Below the pieces are notes generated by a model, which saw only the letters and a program-made list of their open reading frames with translations, had not been told where the DNA came from and ran no database searches. The translations under genes were made by a program, and so were the position numbers. From Macrostomum lignano (lineage: Eukaryota), in assembly GCA_002269645.1 (NCBI GenBank), contig NIVC01000712.1, positions 248,001 to 312,000 on the forward strand: a stretch of 64,000 nt of DNA. The letters run 5' to 3'. Positions 42,001 through 54,894 of the stretch are shown piece after piece (the first letter of the stretch is position 1; every line of letters starts with the position of its first letter).

Positions 42001-45000
42001 TGAGCAAGACCAGGAAGGCTTGGTCCGCCATCCAAGTCCATCCGAACTCCGTCTTCGAGAAGTGAATGCAAAACCTTTAGAGACATTTGCGGTGTGTCCT
42101 CAGCAAGACCAATTTCATCAAGTACTACGACAGAAACGTAGTTTTCTGGATCGGATTTCTCTATTTGCATTTTTGCACTCTGCTGAAACAGCTTTTCAAT
42201 TCCATCTGATGTGGACCACGGCGAGCACTGAAATGAGAGCATGTGCGTGTCTGGGAGCTTTTTGAATGCACTTCCTCTGGAGTTCTCACCTTTCATGTTA
42301 TTCTTGACTATAGTTTTTCCTAACGACTTCGAGCTTCCCGGCTTTCCAACAACAAATAAAGGAATCCGCAGGCAGATGCACATGGTCATCATGTACACAT
42401 TTTCTCTCAGCGCCTCATTGTTGGCTACGTAGTCCGGAAGCAGATCCTTTCCATTACAAAGAAGTCGCGATTGAAATTCTGCTATAACTTCTTCGATAAT
42501 ATTTGGTCGGAGATGATTTTCTAGCTGTTCACTTATTGTCAGCAAGTACCTTTCTTTTTTACTACTGGGTAGCCGACTTAAGTAGCACGAAGCTAGGGTC
42601 ATGATCAAATAGCGATCTGTTTTGGAGAGTGACACAGTTAGTTGGTCAGAGCACTCCTCCTCAAACAAATCTTTGGAAAGCCAGTCATATATTAAGATCA
42701 CCCTCTCAACGTCTCGTAAGGAAACGAACTTTGTCTCATCCGTGGCATTGCGCATGAATTTTTGTGACTCGCACACTGCATTTGTTAGGCGGTTTCTGTG
42801 CACTTCACTGAGTCCGTTTAGGCCAGTATCGATCATTCTGACTACGTACTTACGCTCAGCATCTTCGGACAGATTTCCAAAATCCCAAAGGACGCTGATA
42901 AGTGAAAGCGGAAGCGGTTTGACCCGGTACACGAGGCATCGCATCGGAATGTTTCCGAATTTGTCAACGGTTTCTTCTTTCCTCACTCGATAACCCAGGC
43001 CACTGCTCTCCAACCTCTTGATTGTTTCCTCTGAGTGCTTGCGATACGGATTGCAAGCTGCGACGCACCTTAAGCCGTGCTCAAAATCAATCCTTCTGCC
43101 TTTGATGCGCCCGTCCATCATGATTTCTTTGATTAGTCCGACATAGCTCGTTGTGTTGATCTCATCGAAGAAAAGCACTGTGTAAGGTGATTTGTTTCCA
43201 AGCACGGAAAAATTTTTCTCAGCTAGAACTTCCGCTTCAGAGACTGCCTGCTCGATATCACCAGCGGTAATTCCACCATGAACTTTTAAAATCCGAATAT
43301 TATCGATGTCATTTCGAAGTGGTCGCATTATTTTCGCTAGAAAATCAACCAGCTTAGTTTTCCCACAGCCAGTTTCTCCCATAATCACAACAGGAATTTT
43401 GCATCGGAATCTCATGTAAATGGCCAGAATTTTCTTTACATTGTCCATGGTTAGCTCGTACGAAGAATCAAATTCCGGAAGCGTTTCCAGATTTTCGTTT
43501 GAGTCATTAAACCCAAAGACATTCCTAATTCGAATGATCTTCTCGCATTGTTCAAGCTCTTCAAAATCGTCGTCTAGAGGCACTCCCTGATTGAGAAGGC
43601 TTTGCCTAAGCTGTTTCGACATGATACCTTTTTTGAGTATTTTGCCTGTGTTTAAATCTACCAGATTACCGTTGGCGTCAATTTTGAAGCCGATGAAGGT
43701 AAAACTGTCGCTGTCCTGATTAAATAGTAGCAGCGGGTGGCTCTCCTGCTCCCAATGCCGTTTGAGTTGAAAAGATTCAATCTCGCAAATAGGCTGTGAA
43801 CGGCCGTCGTCGTGCCGTCTCTCGCTCTCATCGTCAATGTCAAGAGAGCGCGTTGAAAAGTCTTTTGACATTAAAAGTAAGCAGTCAACGACAAACTTGC
43901 GAAAACCGGGAAAGTACTGCTCTGCAGCAGTGCTGCAAAAATATGACGACTGAAAAGCTTTCATTTGAGCCTGCAAAAATTGTGCAAAATTATTCAAATC
44001 CGACCAGGATGGGTTATTGATTCCGCAGTTTAAGAGGAGCTGGTCAAAGATTTGTGCTACTGGGAGCTGACCACCATCTGCTTCACCACGGTTAATTCGA
44101 TTTCCATCAGAGAGAAAATCAGATAATGCACCAAACGTTTTCAGACGTTCTTTAAAAACTGGCTTCCAGATAGTTTCGGGTTCGGCCCGTTGGATTACTT
44201 CCAAAGTTTCTCTTGGTGTTAGGCACTCAACTTTGGGCAAAAACGGCAGTACATGAAAGCTGGTGTTAAACAGCGTGTTCTCAGAATGCTCTAGCAGGTA
44301 CAGCTCATTGGTTTTTCGCCGCCAGACTACTCCACGTGAATCTACAACAGCGCCAAAAAGGGCAAGCTGGGTTATGCAATAGTCGAATCCTGTTTGTACT
44401 TCCCGCGCAATATCCAAATAAAATACTGTCTTTCCATTTTTACTTTCGAGTTGAAAAACTGACAGCAATTCGTCCACGCACAGATGATCAGTGTTGCAAG
44501 CAAATACTGCTGGAACGCTTTCCTCCTTGCTCCAAGCGAAATGCTCACACACCAGTGACTTTCCCATGCCAGAGCGGCTCGATGTAATCCAAAGAAAGTC
44601 GCTATTCTTTGGTTCTGCCTTCTGCAGAGTTTTTTGAGAAAACTTTTTAATCTTTTCCGCATCTGGCTCCATTGGAAAGTCTTGTTCGTACGGTCTAAGA
44701 TAATTGCAAAATGGAAATTGGCTCTGATTTGCAGATGAAACAAATACGAAGAAGCGCGAGTTCACAGTTCCATCAACTGAATCAATAAGCTTACTAAACA
44801 TTTCTTCAGCGACAACCGAAATTTTGTACGTCAGTTGTTCCGCGTTTAGGATTGTGTAAACTGAATCTCCACTGGGGTCAAGCAGAGCCCTATGGAGGAA
44901 CACGGCTAGCTCTTCTTCACTTGTGCCATCGTGGCACAGTAGGACGTCTTCAAACTGTGGAAGGCGTTTGTATGCAGTGCGAAACAGCTGCAGAGCTAAG

Positions 45001-46349
45001 GACAGATGATTCTTGGCTTCAAGACAGAAAGTGATGGGTGCTTTTTGGTTAAAGAGTTGCTTGAAATTTTCGTTTGCTTTTCGTGTCCGTCTTAAAGACT
45101 TTGCACTTGTAGACAATAGCTCAAGAAATAGATTGACGTCCCCGAAGCTAAGGAAGTCTTTGTAGGACGAACGAATGTTTTGCAAATAAATCTCCCATAA
45201 TTTTTTGAATGCTTCATGGGCTTTTGCACCTCCAATATCTGCAACGTTGAGTTCTTCATCAGCAGTTTTCCAGTTATCTCTCTCCTGGGAGTCAGCGGGA
45301 GTTAGTTTATTTTTCTCCAGTTTGCTGGCCAGATCAATAGCTTTGGGCTTTAAGACATCAAGTGGCTCTTCAGGGCTTGTATATCGAAATAAAATCTTGA
45401 TCGTCTTGCTAACTATATCTTCATTGTAGCCCTCGTCCTCCAGTGCTGCGCACACTTGGTCATGCTTATTTCCTTCCTGATCATCTTTATTCGAGTGAGT
45501 TCGTTTTGCCTTTTCCAGAACTGTGTTATCCACTGTTTGGTTAAAAAGCTCTGCTGTGAAATCAGGGTGGATGTACTGAAGCAGGTCCGAAAGCTCCCTG
45601 TCAACAGTGTCGACTGGATTGGCTGACAAAAACAATGGGGCTAAACGCTTCTGTAGATATTTTATCTGCCTTAGTGAGAAGAAGTTTAAGAAGTAATACT
45701 CTCTCCTCAGTTTCCACACTTCTTCTTTCCACTGCGCGAGGCAGTCCAGAAAGCAATTTGAAATCTTTGCCAATCCATCCCGTAGATTGCAATATTTTGA
45801 AGAGATCTTTTTGTGCGGATTGCAAAATCTAAGCTCGATAGTCACGTTGTCTTTTTGGGTTTCTTTTTGAATCTCCTGTGATAGCGGCAAAAAGACGTCA
45901 ATTGCAATCTGCTCGCATAGAACACAGCAATGAACTTGAAACTGTTTATACACTTCGACAAGGCTGAATATGCTTTCAGTGAGGCCAACAAACTCGCGTA
46001 GTAAATACCTTTTTTCGAAAGTTTCGCCTGCAATAAGCATCAGCTTGGACTGCAAGTCCTTGATGTCGCTCAAGTCGTACGTTTCTGTCACCTTTCTTTC
46101 TTCGGTTTCTTCCACTTCTACATGTAGTTCGAAGTGGTCGTCTTTGTTTACCAAGCAACCGATCCTTAGTTGTCCCTTGCACGTCATTATAGCCTCGATT
46201 TTCTTTATTGTCGACTTTTCAACCGACCCTTGGTTATCTTTAATCGCTCGAATCCAAGAAAGGCGCTCTGCTGTTTCTTTCAGATCGCTTATAATAGCAG
46301 GGTTTTCAGGGGGAGAGAAGCCAGAGATCAGGGGGAGAGAAGCCAGAGA
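33015..46349 (-). CDS. RNF213: RNF213/mysterin-like AAA+ ATPase-E3 ubiquitin ligase (~3550 aa from M46187; 5' end missing; one frameshift, so possibly a pseudogene or an assembly error)
   Basis: Exons: ~46300-40148, 40047-39900, 39220-38569, 38424-38164, 38061-37955, 37748-37281, 37186-36676, 36534-36391, 35726-35420, 35336-35302, 35215-33801, 33584-33015. All internal junctions are GT-AG and in phase. RNF213 motifs: TSSRSGMGKS, IMGETGCGKT, FFDEINTT, VGKPGSSKSL, VLDEIGLAE, NWALDPAKMNRG, GTF, RING, LLNCLEDS, YLPAMP, RZ finger CPKGH...GEC...CPDC...IGG..H. Confidence 0.95.
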
Positions 46350-46560
46350 TCAGGGGGGGAGAGAAGCCAGAGACCAGGGGAGTAAAGCCAGGGATCAGGG
46401 AGGAGAGAAGCCAGAGATCAGGGGGAGAGAAGCCAGGGATTAGGAGTTAAGCCAAGGGTCAGGGGAGGGAAACTGGGGATCAGGAGTGAGAGAAACCAGG
46501 GTCAAAGGGAAGGAATTCAAGGGTCAAGGAAGAAGCCAGGGTCAAGGGACGAAAGCTAGT
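46305..46560. repeat. 22-bp purine-rich minisatellite (GGGGGAGAGAAGCCAGAGATCA), degenerating rightwards
   Basis: Tandem units abut the 5' edge of the RNF213 open frame. Confidence 0.9.
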
Positions 46561-47021
46561 GCTAGGGGAAAGGAGAACTAAGGAGGGACAATAAGTCAAG
46601 GATCAGATATTTTTAATAAAAATATTGTAGGCTTTTTTTTATTAGACTAGACTAATTTTTTATTAGTCTAGGTCTAATGGTAGGCCTAGATACATGTAGT
46701 AGATAGATAGAAAAACAAAAAATTTAAGCCTCTGATCTAGTTAGCTAAATCTATTAAGTCAATAAGCTAGGCCTAGTGCTTATGTTTAATAGGCTTTTAC
46801 ATACATATGGCTGTAGCTAAATAATAGAATTGAATTGAATTGAAGCCTTTTCAATAACTGAATAAAAGCAGCTTATAAGTTGCCTCTTATAATATTAGAC
46901 CCACATTTATGTTTCAAAAGGCATTTATATAAATATTAACATGGCTAAAAATCAAATTTAAGGGACAAAGAGCTTGTCTAAGTTCTGTATAGTAGGTCTC
47001 AAATCATGCAATAATACCAGG

Positions 47022-47320
47022 CATACATGCGCAACAGTCGGCCGAGTCGGCCGATCCGGCCGACCGATTTGGCGGCCAACCAAGTAAGTCGCAAAAATGC
47101 CCACCCAAAAAAATAACCAAATAGTAGTACTAAGTAGCTGACGAGGCATTTTGGATTAATAACACAGTCATAGTTACTCCTGCCGTTTACCTAAAGTTGC
47201 GTTAATTTTGCTTTAGGGTTTTTTTTACATGTAAGTCGCATTTTTGGCCAAAAACTACGTCGCATTTTTGTTAAAACTAAGTCGCATGGCCGACCGAATT
47301 TCGGAGGTTGCGCATGTATG
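47022..47320. mobile_element. hAT-type MITE, 299 bp
   Basis: Perfect 14-bp TIR CATACATGCGCAAC / GTTGCGCATGTATG and a perfect 8-bp TSD ATACCAGG (47014-47021, 47321-47328). Confidence 0.93.
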
Positions 47321-48552
47321 ATACCAGGCCCAGGGTCAGGCTTATATTAACTGTATTAATAATTAACTGACAGGCTTTAAACTATAGAACAAAATACTAA
47401 AGCAAGCACAAAATAATACACAAGAAGTTTAATAAAAGCTCCTTTCATTTATCATGTACACGGAGCCTTCACTTGTTCAGTCTAGTGCATTGGCCAGCAC
47501 AGCAATGCACAGTAGGCCCAGCACAACAAATTATATGCCTTGGAAGCTTTTGTTGAACGTTGAACACAGGAACCCTTCTTCCTGTAAATTTTGTTTTCAA
47601 ATTACATGCAAGCGAATTAGCATTAACAACATCAATTTTTCTACTGCAAATCGTTAATAAAAAAATAACACCTGTGAAAGCTTTCAATTAATTGATACAC
47701 TCCCATTTGATGGGAGTTGTCGGGCTGGACGCGTTAGTCAACGTAAAGTTTGAAAAGAAGTAAAAAGTTAATTATGCACGCGTTCGGTTTTTCTTGAAAT
47801 TCAAAGTACAACTGAAGATTAAGATGTTGTCAATAAAATACAACAGTAGTGCCAACACATCAGTATTCATTACAACATAACACAAGTTTTGCTTTGTGCT
47901 ATATTTTTTGTTATAAATTTGCTGCAACCCCAATATGCGCAATTCTTATTGGTTCACACTGGGAGCATGCTTCGGGTATAGCTAGCTACGGAGCACAGGA
48001 GCATGCTCCAGCCCCTAGCGGACTAGTCAAGTTAGAGCATGCTTCGTCCTAGCTAGCTAGGCACCCTTAACTGATGATGACCGACCTGGCCCACTCCCAG
48101 TGCTATGACTTTTGCCACTAAGTAAAAGTAAAAGTAAAAAGAGTTGAAAGCACTGCTTCAAGAATCACCTAATCTAAGAAGATTACCTTGGATTTTTATT
48201 TTTACCAAGTGGCAAATTCAACAATTTAGATTGTTGAATTATTTTGCACTAAAACATTAGACTCGTTAGTTAGAGTTTGAGAGCATCATGGACATGTCCT
48301 TAATAAGTGCAATACGCATAAGTCCCTCCGCCTAGTCCAGATCCTGTCACTTATGCTAGAAACTTGGTGTACAGGATCGAAGTTATTGGGTGGGATTGGG
48401 AATAATGTTTTCTGGGGTTCACTTCACAAGATCAGGATTGGAATTCAGGAATAAGAATCAGGTCTTTTAGTGTACTGTACTGTAGTTTGTTGGTCTGTAG
48501 AGAAGAATCATATATTATACAAAAAATAAGCAATGTAAGATGAACGATTAGG

Positions 48553-48736
48553 CCTACATGCGCAACCTTGTGAATGTGATTCACCTGGCCATTTCTATTG
48601 GCAACATACACATGTAAGTTGCTATTGGCTGAGACTGAGAGCAGTCACGTGACTACTATTCCGTCCAATAGCGACTTACATGTGTGTGTTGCCAATAGAA
48701 ATGGCTAGGTGAATCCTTAGGTTGCACCCAAGCATG
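48553..48736. mobile_element. Palindromic ~175-bp hAT-type MITE, copy 1 of 3
   Basis: Same left terminus as the 47022 element; near-perfect internal palindrome; homologous to 49771-49942 and 53948-54119. Confidence 0.85.
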
Positions 48737-48844
48737 CTTATAGCAACAGGTATTACCAAAGTTAAACAAATATATGGATTATGGTCTAAGATCAAAAGGT
48801 AAACATGACAATTGACAATGGATGCAGTTTTGTAACCAACAAAG

Positions 48845-49430
48845 GGTCTGCGGTCATTTCGTCTGCCGCCTTTTCGTCTGCCAAAGAATTTTAGCAGACG
48901 AAACGACTTTTTTATTTATGTTTATTTTGGTTCACTTATTTAGTATTTTCATGTAGGAAATTAAAATAAATTAGTATAAGCAACTTTTAAGTATGTTTTC
49001 TTATTTATATTGATACATTTTGTTTTTCTTCATAATCTACGAAACCTAACTAACCTATATAATACTTTCGACGCATCGATGCGAAGTTATTTGTGCATTT
49101 AAGCTACTTGTATTCGTGAATAAATTGCATGAGTTTACATACACGAAAAAAAAGAAAGTTGGAAGGAAACTAAACGGTTGGAGATATTTGCTTCTGGCTT
49201 TGTGTATTTAAATGCAACATATTAGCTCCGGAACTTTCAGAAAAATCCTAGCATTATAATAAATTATAATTAATAAGACATTTACATTACACTTCCATGC
49301 GAAGCTTGATGACATAATTAGTTATTACGATTTATATATTATATATATTGGCAGACGAAACGACTATATCGTATATTGGCAGACGAAAAGGCGGCAGACG
49401 AAAAGGCGGCAGACGAAATGACCGTCAACC
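48845..49430. mobile_element. Non-autonomous DNA transposon (Mutator-like), 586 bp
   Basis: ~35-bp TIR (GG..CGGTCATTTCGTCTGCCGCCTTTTCGTCTGCC), subterminal GGCAGACGAAA repeats, and an 8-9-bp TSD (C)CAACAAAG. Confidence 0.88.
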
Positions 49431-49665
49431 CAACAAAGTAATGAGGTAATTTAACATGTAAAGTATAAATTAAAACAATATGAATTTAAAATAGTCAATA
49501 ATTCTACAAATTATAAATCAAAACTCAAAGTCCTATTCTCAATTCTTTTTCAAGGTTAGGATCTTAAAATCTAATAAAAATCCAATTTCCTTTAAATTGG
49601 GCCTAAAAGATTAGTCCTCCCAAGTCTTTAAGATTGGGATCCCATCTCCCATAGTTGGTTTAGTA

Positions 49666-50545
49666 TCTAGTCAATCTGGTGATAACAAGATCTGGTAACA
49701 AACAATCTTAGCAATAGTCCATTCAGTGATAGTCAATTTGACAACAAGTTATAGTGTAGTATGAATAAAACATACATGCACAACCTTGGGATTCACCTAG
49801 CCATTTCTATTGGCAACATACACATATAAGTTGCTATTGGCTGAGAGTAGTCACATGACTACTATTCCATCCAATAGCAACTTACATATGTATGTTGCCA
49901 ATAGAAATGGCCAAGTGAATCCCTAGGTTGTATCCAAGCATGGAGTAAAAGCTATTAAATCAACAATTTAGCATTTATAGACTTACTGTTTTTATAAACA
50001 TTAAATTTTGTTAATATTTATCTATGCAGAATTTGTTAAATTAATAGAATAGGCCCTTGTTATAAATATATATTGCATTTTTTGTATTTTTAGCATGGAA
50101 AAACTAGCCTAGGCAAGGCAAATGTATGAAAGTTGCAATGCAATTATATTTTTGGTTCTTTGATTCTAAAAGATTGTTAAAAAGAAAAATAAACTTAATG
50201 ATTTATTGTTTAAAAGCTATATATTTGTCTAGTTTGTGCATACAGCAACAAATAAATGAGGTTTAATTTATATAGGACATACACATTAAGTATTTCTATT
50301 ATATTATATAATTAGAAAAGTTTAACTTAGAAGGTAAAATTTATTTATTTTATATTTATTTACATTAGAACTCAAAATATCCTAGATAATTAGAATAAGA
50401 GCACTGTATATATAATACATTTAAATGCAGTCCTAAAATCTATAAAATCTATAAAAAATCTATTATTAGATTGTTTGTTGCCACTTCGACTATTGCTAGC
50501 CTAGATTGTCTGTTGCTAGATCATCTTGTTACCAGATTGACTAGA
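49666..50545. mobile_element. Degenerate inverted-repeat element (~880 bp) hosting a nested hAT MITE
   Basis: TCTAGTCAATCTGGT...TAGCAATAGTC at the left end is inverted at 50488-50545. No TSD found. Confidence 0.55.
49771..49942. mobile_element. Palindromic hAT-type MITE, copy 2 of 3
   Basis: Homologous to the other copies; 7/8 TSD GAATAAAA / GAGTAAAA. Confidence 0.88.
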
Positions 50546-52102
50546 AGGCTAGAAGCGGTTGGTTTTATGCTTAGAGTTATGAATTTTTATCATTTATATT
50601 AGACACTAGACTTACATTAGACTTAGGCCACATGTCTAGCATAATAGACTTTCAAGGATAGTGGCAAGATCTATAAATGCAATGCAGCAATCAATTATAA
50701 CATAAGATTGTCTTCTCCTATTGCATTTGGTCTAAGCATGCCTTCTTGAACTTTAGGTAGATAAAATAGTTATAGTTTCAATAGGATCATCATTTTGTGT
50801 CTATAGAGGTTTTTGATGATGCTGATTTCAAATTTGAGCTTCATATTTTATAGCTTAAAGCCAACCACCGGTGTATGGGGAATAAGGGTTTTAGGGTGGG
50901 GAGATTTTTCATGGGGATTGATTTTATATACCTAAACTTCAATAAAGATATAGGGGTCTAATGAAGATTAGATAGATATAAATTCAGAAACTGAGAGGGT
51001 GGGAGGGCAAGTCTTAGAGGGGGGCTGACAACTACCAACAACTGGGACACAGGGAATGTGTGATTTTAGGATGGGGAGAATCTTCATGGGGATTGATTTT
51101 ATGTACCTAAACTTCAATCGAGGCATGGAGGTCTATTGAAGATTAGGTAGATAAATTTGGAGACTGAGGGGGGGGTCCCAGGAAGAAAATTGAAATGAAG
51201 CTTAAAGTAAAAATTCAACAATTTATCAAAAACACAACCATGGAAAAAATTATAATCCTATCAAAACTATTTGATATTAGCTGCTATATAGTTACCTTCA
51301 GAATGGAGACTATGCAGATTAGTTGAAATTACAAGTAAAGAATGCATGGCTAGTAGTAATCAACAATAAGAACAATAGCGAATCAAAAAGCAGGTGGTAA
51401 GGGGCAGGTGGCAAACCATTAGTCAGCATTTTTTAAAAAAGTAAACTGACGTGGCACTCTCGCTGCACTATAACAAATTGAGTGAAAAATTAGAATCTGA
51501 ATGTTTTTTTAGAATGAATTCATCAAGTTTAGGAAAATAAGAAACTTTTCAGATTTAGTTATATAGATTTACATTAGAAAGTTATGATTCTAAAAAATTT
51601 CAACTTTCAAACATAATTCTCCAAAACTGCTTGGATCAGATTACCACTAGTTACATAGGAGATTAACAAATCAAGCTCCTATTATCTCTGAGGGTAATTT
51701 TTTGCAGTTTTTTTGCTTTATTATCATTTTGGATAGCCTCTAAGACTCTGGCAAGTTTCAGAAAAATTGGAAAATTGGAAGTATTTTATTATGTACCTAA
51801 AGTTCAAGAAGGCCCTAAGCATTGCTTGTTTTCTTCCATGTCAATGCCAATATATAAAAACATGCAAAAATATGTTGAATAACATTTTTTCATTTTTTCT
51901 TGGGGATAGAAAGAGCAATGTGATAGATAATATTAGCATGGCATGAAAATTTCTGCCTAGTGCAAAATTAGGGAAAACTAGTGCATTAAGCCCCCTTGGG
52001 GGCATTCAAATTTAAAATCCAAACATTAAAAGCAAGAAAAAATTGTTTCTTGAATATTTAAACCACTTCCAAATTGATTTTTTCTTTGTTAGAAATTTTA
52101 TA

Positions 52103-52388
52103 TATACTTAGCAACATTGAAAAGTTGCCACTCTATGCACCAATGAGCAATTTCTCTTGGAATATTCTGCAATAAAAGATACAAGAAAACTGATTAGGTA
52201 GCTTTAATCCATTCAACAAAACCCTTGCACACTATACCCCCCACTTCATTTCTCAACTCAAGTCTACTGTGGCATAGCAAGTTGCATCACTTGCAAAGAT
52301 TGAGAGACTTTGCTTGCACTCTCAAAAGTGGCAACTATAGACAGACAAAATCTTCTGTGATGGCAACTTTTCGATGTTGCTAAGTATA
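52103..52388. mobile_element. MITE with a 28-bp terminal inverted repeat and TA ends (Tc1/mariner-type)
   Basis: TATACTTAGCAACATTGAAAAGTTGCCA vs its inverse at 52361-52388 (27/28). Confidence 0.75.
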
Positions 52389-52644
52389 CGAGCTATAAGC
52401 ACACTATGGCACTAAGCCCCCAATGGTGGGCATTTAAATTAAAAATTCTTTAAAACCATTAAAAACTTTGTTTTTCAAACATTTAACCCACTTCCAATTA
52501 GTATAAATTTTATATACCAATTTGCTAAATGAATCTGAATTAATTAGGAAGAATGAATTAACTACTGACTGCGCCCCATTTGTAACTGTGCCACTTTGTG
52601 TTGTATTCATAAAATAAGACAAACAAGATCAGAGCAGTTTAGGA

Positions 52645-52839
52645 TAGTAGTTCTCAACCTTTTTAGGCGACCCTAATTTATTCACTTGCATCATTTTTTA
52701 TGTTTGTAACCCCTTTTATAATCAATATAATGTATCATAAAGTATAACATACTTGCAAATTTCTTAGTGCTACTACAACCCCTAGAAAATGGTCACATGA
52801 CCCCATTGGGGATTGCAACCCACAGGTTGAAAACCACTA
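52645..52839. mobile_element. hAT-Charlie-type MITE, 195 bp
   Basis: TIR TAGTAGTTCTCAACCT / AGGTTGAAAACCACTA, Charlie-like (CAGTGGTTCTCAACC); 7/8 TSD GTTTAGGA / GTTTAGGG. Confidence 0.82.
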
Positions 52840-53947
52840 GTTTAGGGGGTTGATAAATTTCAGGCCAGCTTTTTAACCTTCCTCCTATGCACCTACTCTT
52901 TTATCAATTGTGTATCAGACTAATTGGTTATAAACAATAATAAAATTCAACAACCACAAATTGCCAGCCTGCCATGCAAAGGGTCATAAAACTTCTTTAG
53001 TGTTATTGTGAATGTACATCCTACATTGTACATTGGCTAAGGAGAGGCCTAAATAGTTAAATTAAACAATTAAATTTAGCAATGGTGCACCTATTGAAAG
53101 CATTAAAAAATAATTTTTTGAATATTTGAACCACTTCCTATTCAAATTAGTAACAAAAAATATTATGCATGATCCCCGAAAAAGTTTAAATTTTTAAGCT
53201 AATTTGAAAAAAAGAAAAATAAATAAACTTGACAATTCTCAAAATCATCAAGACAAATAAACTGACTGACTGATTGACAGACAAATAGCACAAAATTAGT
53301 ATATATGTTCATAACATTATATTAGGGAATTGATGTGTATTCTATGTTAATATATATATTTTATTCTGACATCTTTGCTATTTTGTTTATGGGCTGGGCC
53401 TGTCAAGCTAGATGCTAAAGGGCCACAGGAAAAGTAAAAGGAAATAAAAAGGAAAAACCTTGGCTGCTCAAATATGCGGGATTAAAATTGTCTATGATAA
53501 TCTCATCATAAAAGTTTATATGTCAAAGGATGTAACAGGAATCATATTATTGTTTTTATGCTAGCCATTTATATCAAATAACTTTTTCTATTACTTCTTA
53601 CACTACGCATTTACACTAAGGCTATTCTTTGAACTTTTGCCAGACACTAACAAAACAGACTATGGCAAAGGGCTGCCCATTTGACCTCTAATAGCTATAG
53701 CCATGGGCCTGTTGATTTGTCATATCGCTATCAGTATTAAAATTATATGTTACTATAGTTTATTAGATATGTTATCAAGTCTATTAGTCACTTAGACAGC
53801 AATACATATTGGTAATAGAATCAGCAATGAGTTTATTGAAAAAATCCTTACATGTAATAGGTACGAGGGGTGATCAAAAAGTTCTGAAAGTGACAAGTCA
53901 CAACTCAGTGTTACAGTGGCCGAGGTGTCTACATGTCTACGAGGTGT

Positions 53948-54119
53948 CATACATGCGCAACTTTGAGAATCACCCGGCCGTTTCTATTGGCAACACATAC
54001 ATGTAAGTCGCTATTGGCTGAGAGCAGTCACGTGACTACTATTCCATCCAATAGCGACTTACGTGTGTGTGTTGCCAATAGAAACGGCCGAGTGAATCCC
54101 AAGGTTGCGCCCAAGCATG
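53948..54119. mobile_element. Palindromic hAT-type MITE, copy 3 of 3, inside the mariner 3' end
   Basis: Homologous to the other copies; central GTCACGTGAC; no clean 8-bp TSD. Confidence 0.88.
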
Positions 54120-54133
54120 GTGTCTAATCAGTG

Positions 54134-54894
54134 TCACATTCCCTCAAAGTACTTTCCACCACCATTTATGCACCGTCGCATGCATTTGTACCATGTCTGA
54201 AAGCGGTCATGGTACTTCAAAGATAGTGTACCCTGTAGAGCTGAATGTACCATTTGGGCAAGGTCTTGTATGTGTGAAAATGGCCTCCCAGAAATGACGG
54301 ATTTGATCCTTGGGAACAGCCAAAAGTTGCACGGTGCTAGGTCTGGAGAGTAGGGTACATGGGGCAGCAGCTTGGCCCCCTTCTGCTCCAGGTACGCCAT
54401 GGTTGAGGCCGCTCTGTGTGGTGCCACATTGTCATGGTGCAGCAGGAGTCGAGGTCCATGCCTGGTTCTTGCACGTTCCTGCCGCTCCTGCAGCACGCCT
54501 AGCAGAACAGTGTCTGTGTAGTACCTGGCAGTCACTGTGGCACCCGCTGGAAGGATATTCACGGATACAACACCCTGAAAGTTGAAAAAAATGTTGAACA
54601 TCTGCTTCCGACTGCGGAATCTGGTCTTCAGCACCTCGGGCCTCGGGCTCATCTTCTGCACAGGCCACAACATCTTTGGTCACGGATTTCTGGGGTTGGC
54701 CAGACCTCAGTTCATTGTTGAAGCTGTCCCAGCCTTCTAAGAAATGACGCAGCCAGCGGGCAACCATGTCAAATGATGGAGCAGAGTCAGCTGAAACATT
54801 CACCAGATTCACCAGTATGAATCTCAGTTGCTTTGCAACCAAGTTGCATGCGCATAAAGATGTAGAAGCGAACACTGTCTTTTGATGGTTCCAT
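54134..54894 (-). pseudogene. Mariner transposase pseudogene
   Basis: N-terminus MEPSKDSVRFYIF...VARW...RSGQP; frameshift; internal deletion removing the first catalytic Asp region; LLHHDN; PYSPDLAPCNFWLF with the third catalytic D changed to N; YFEG end. Confidence 0.93.

Noticed and set aside
47469-47687. Cys-rich minus-strand ORF as a candidate upstream RNF213 exon
   Set aside because: No similarity to RNF213 recognised and no convincing in-phase donor.
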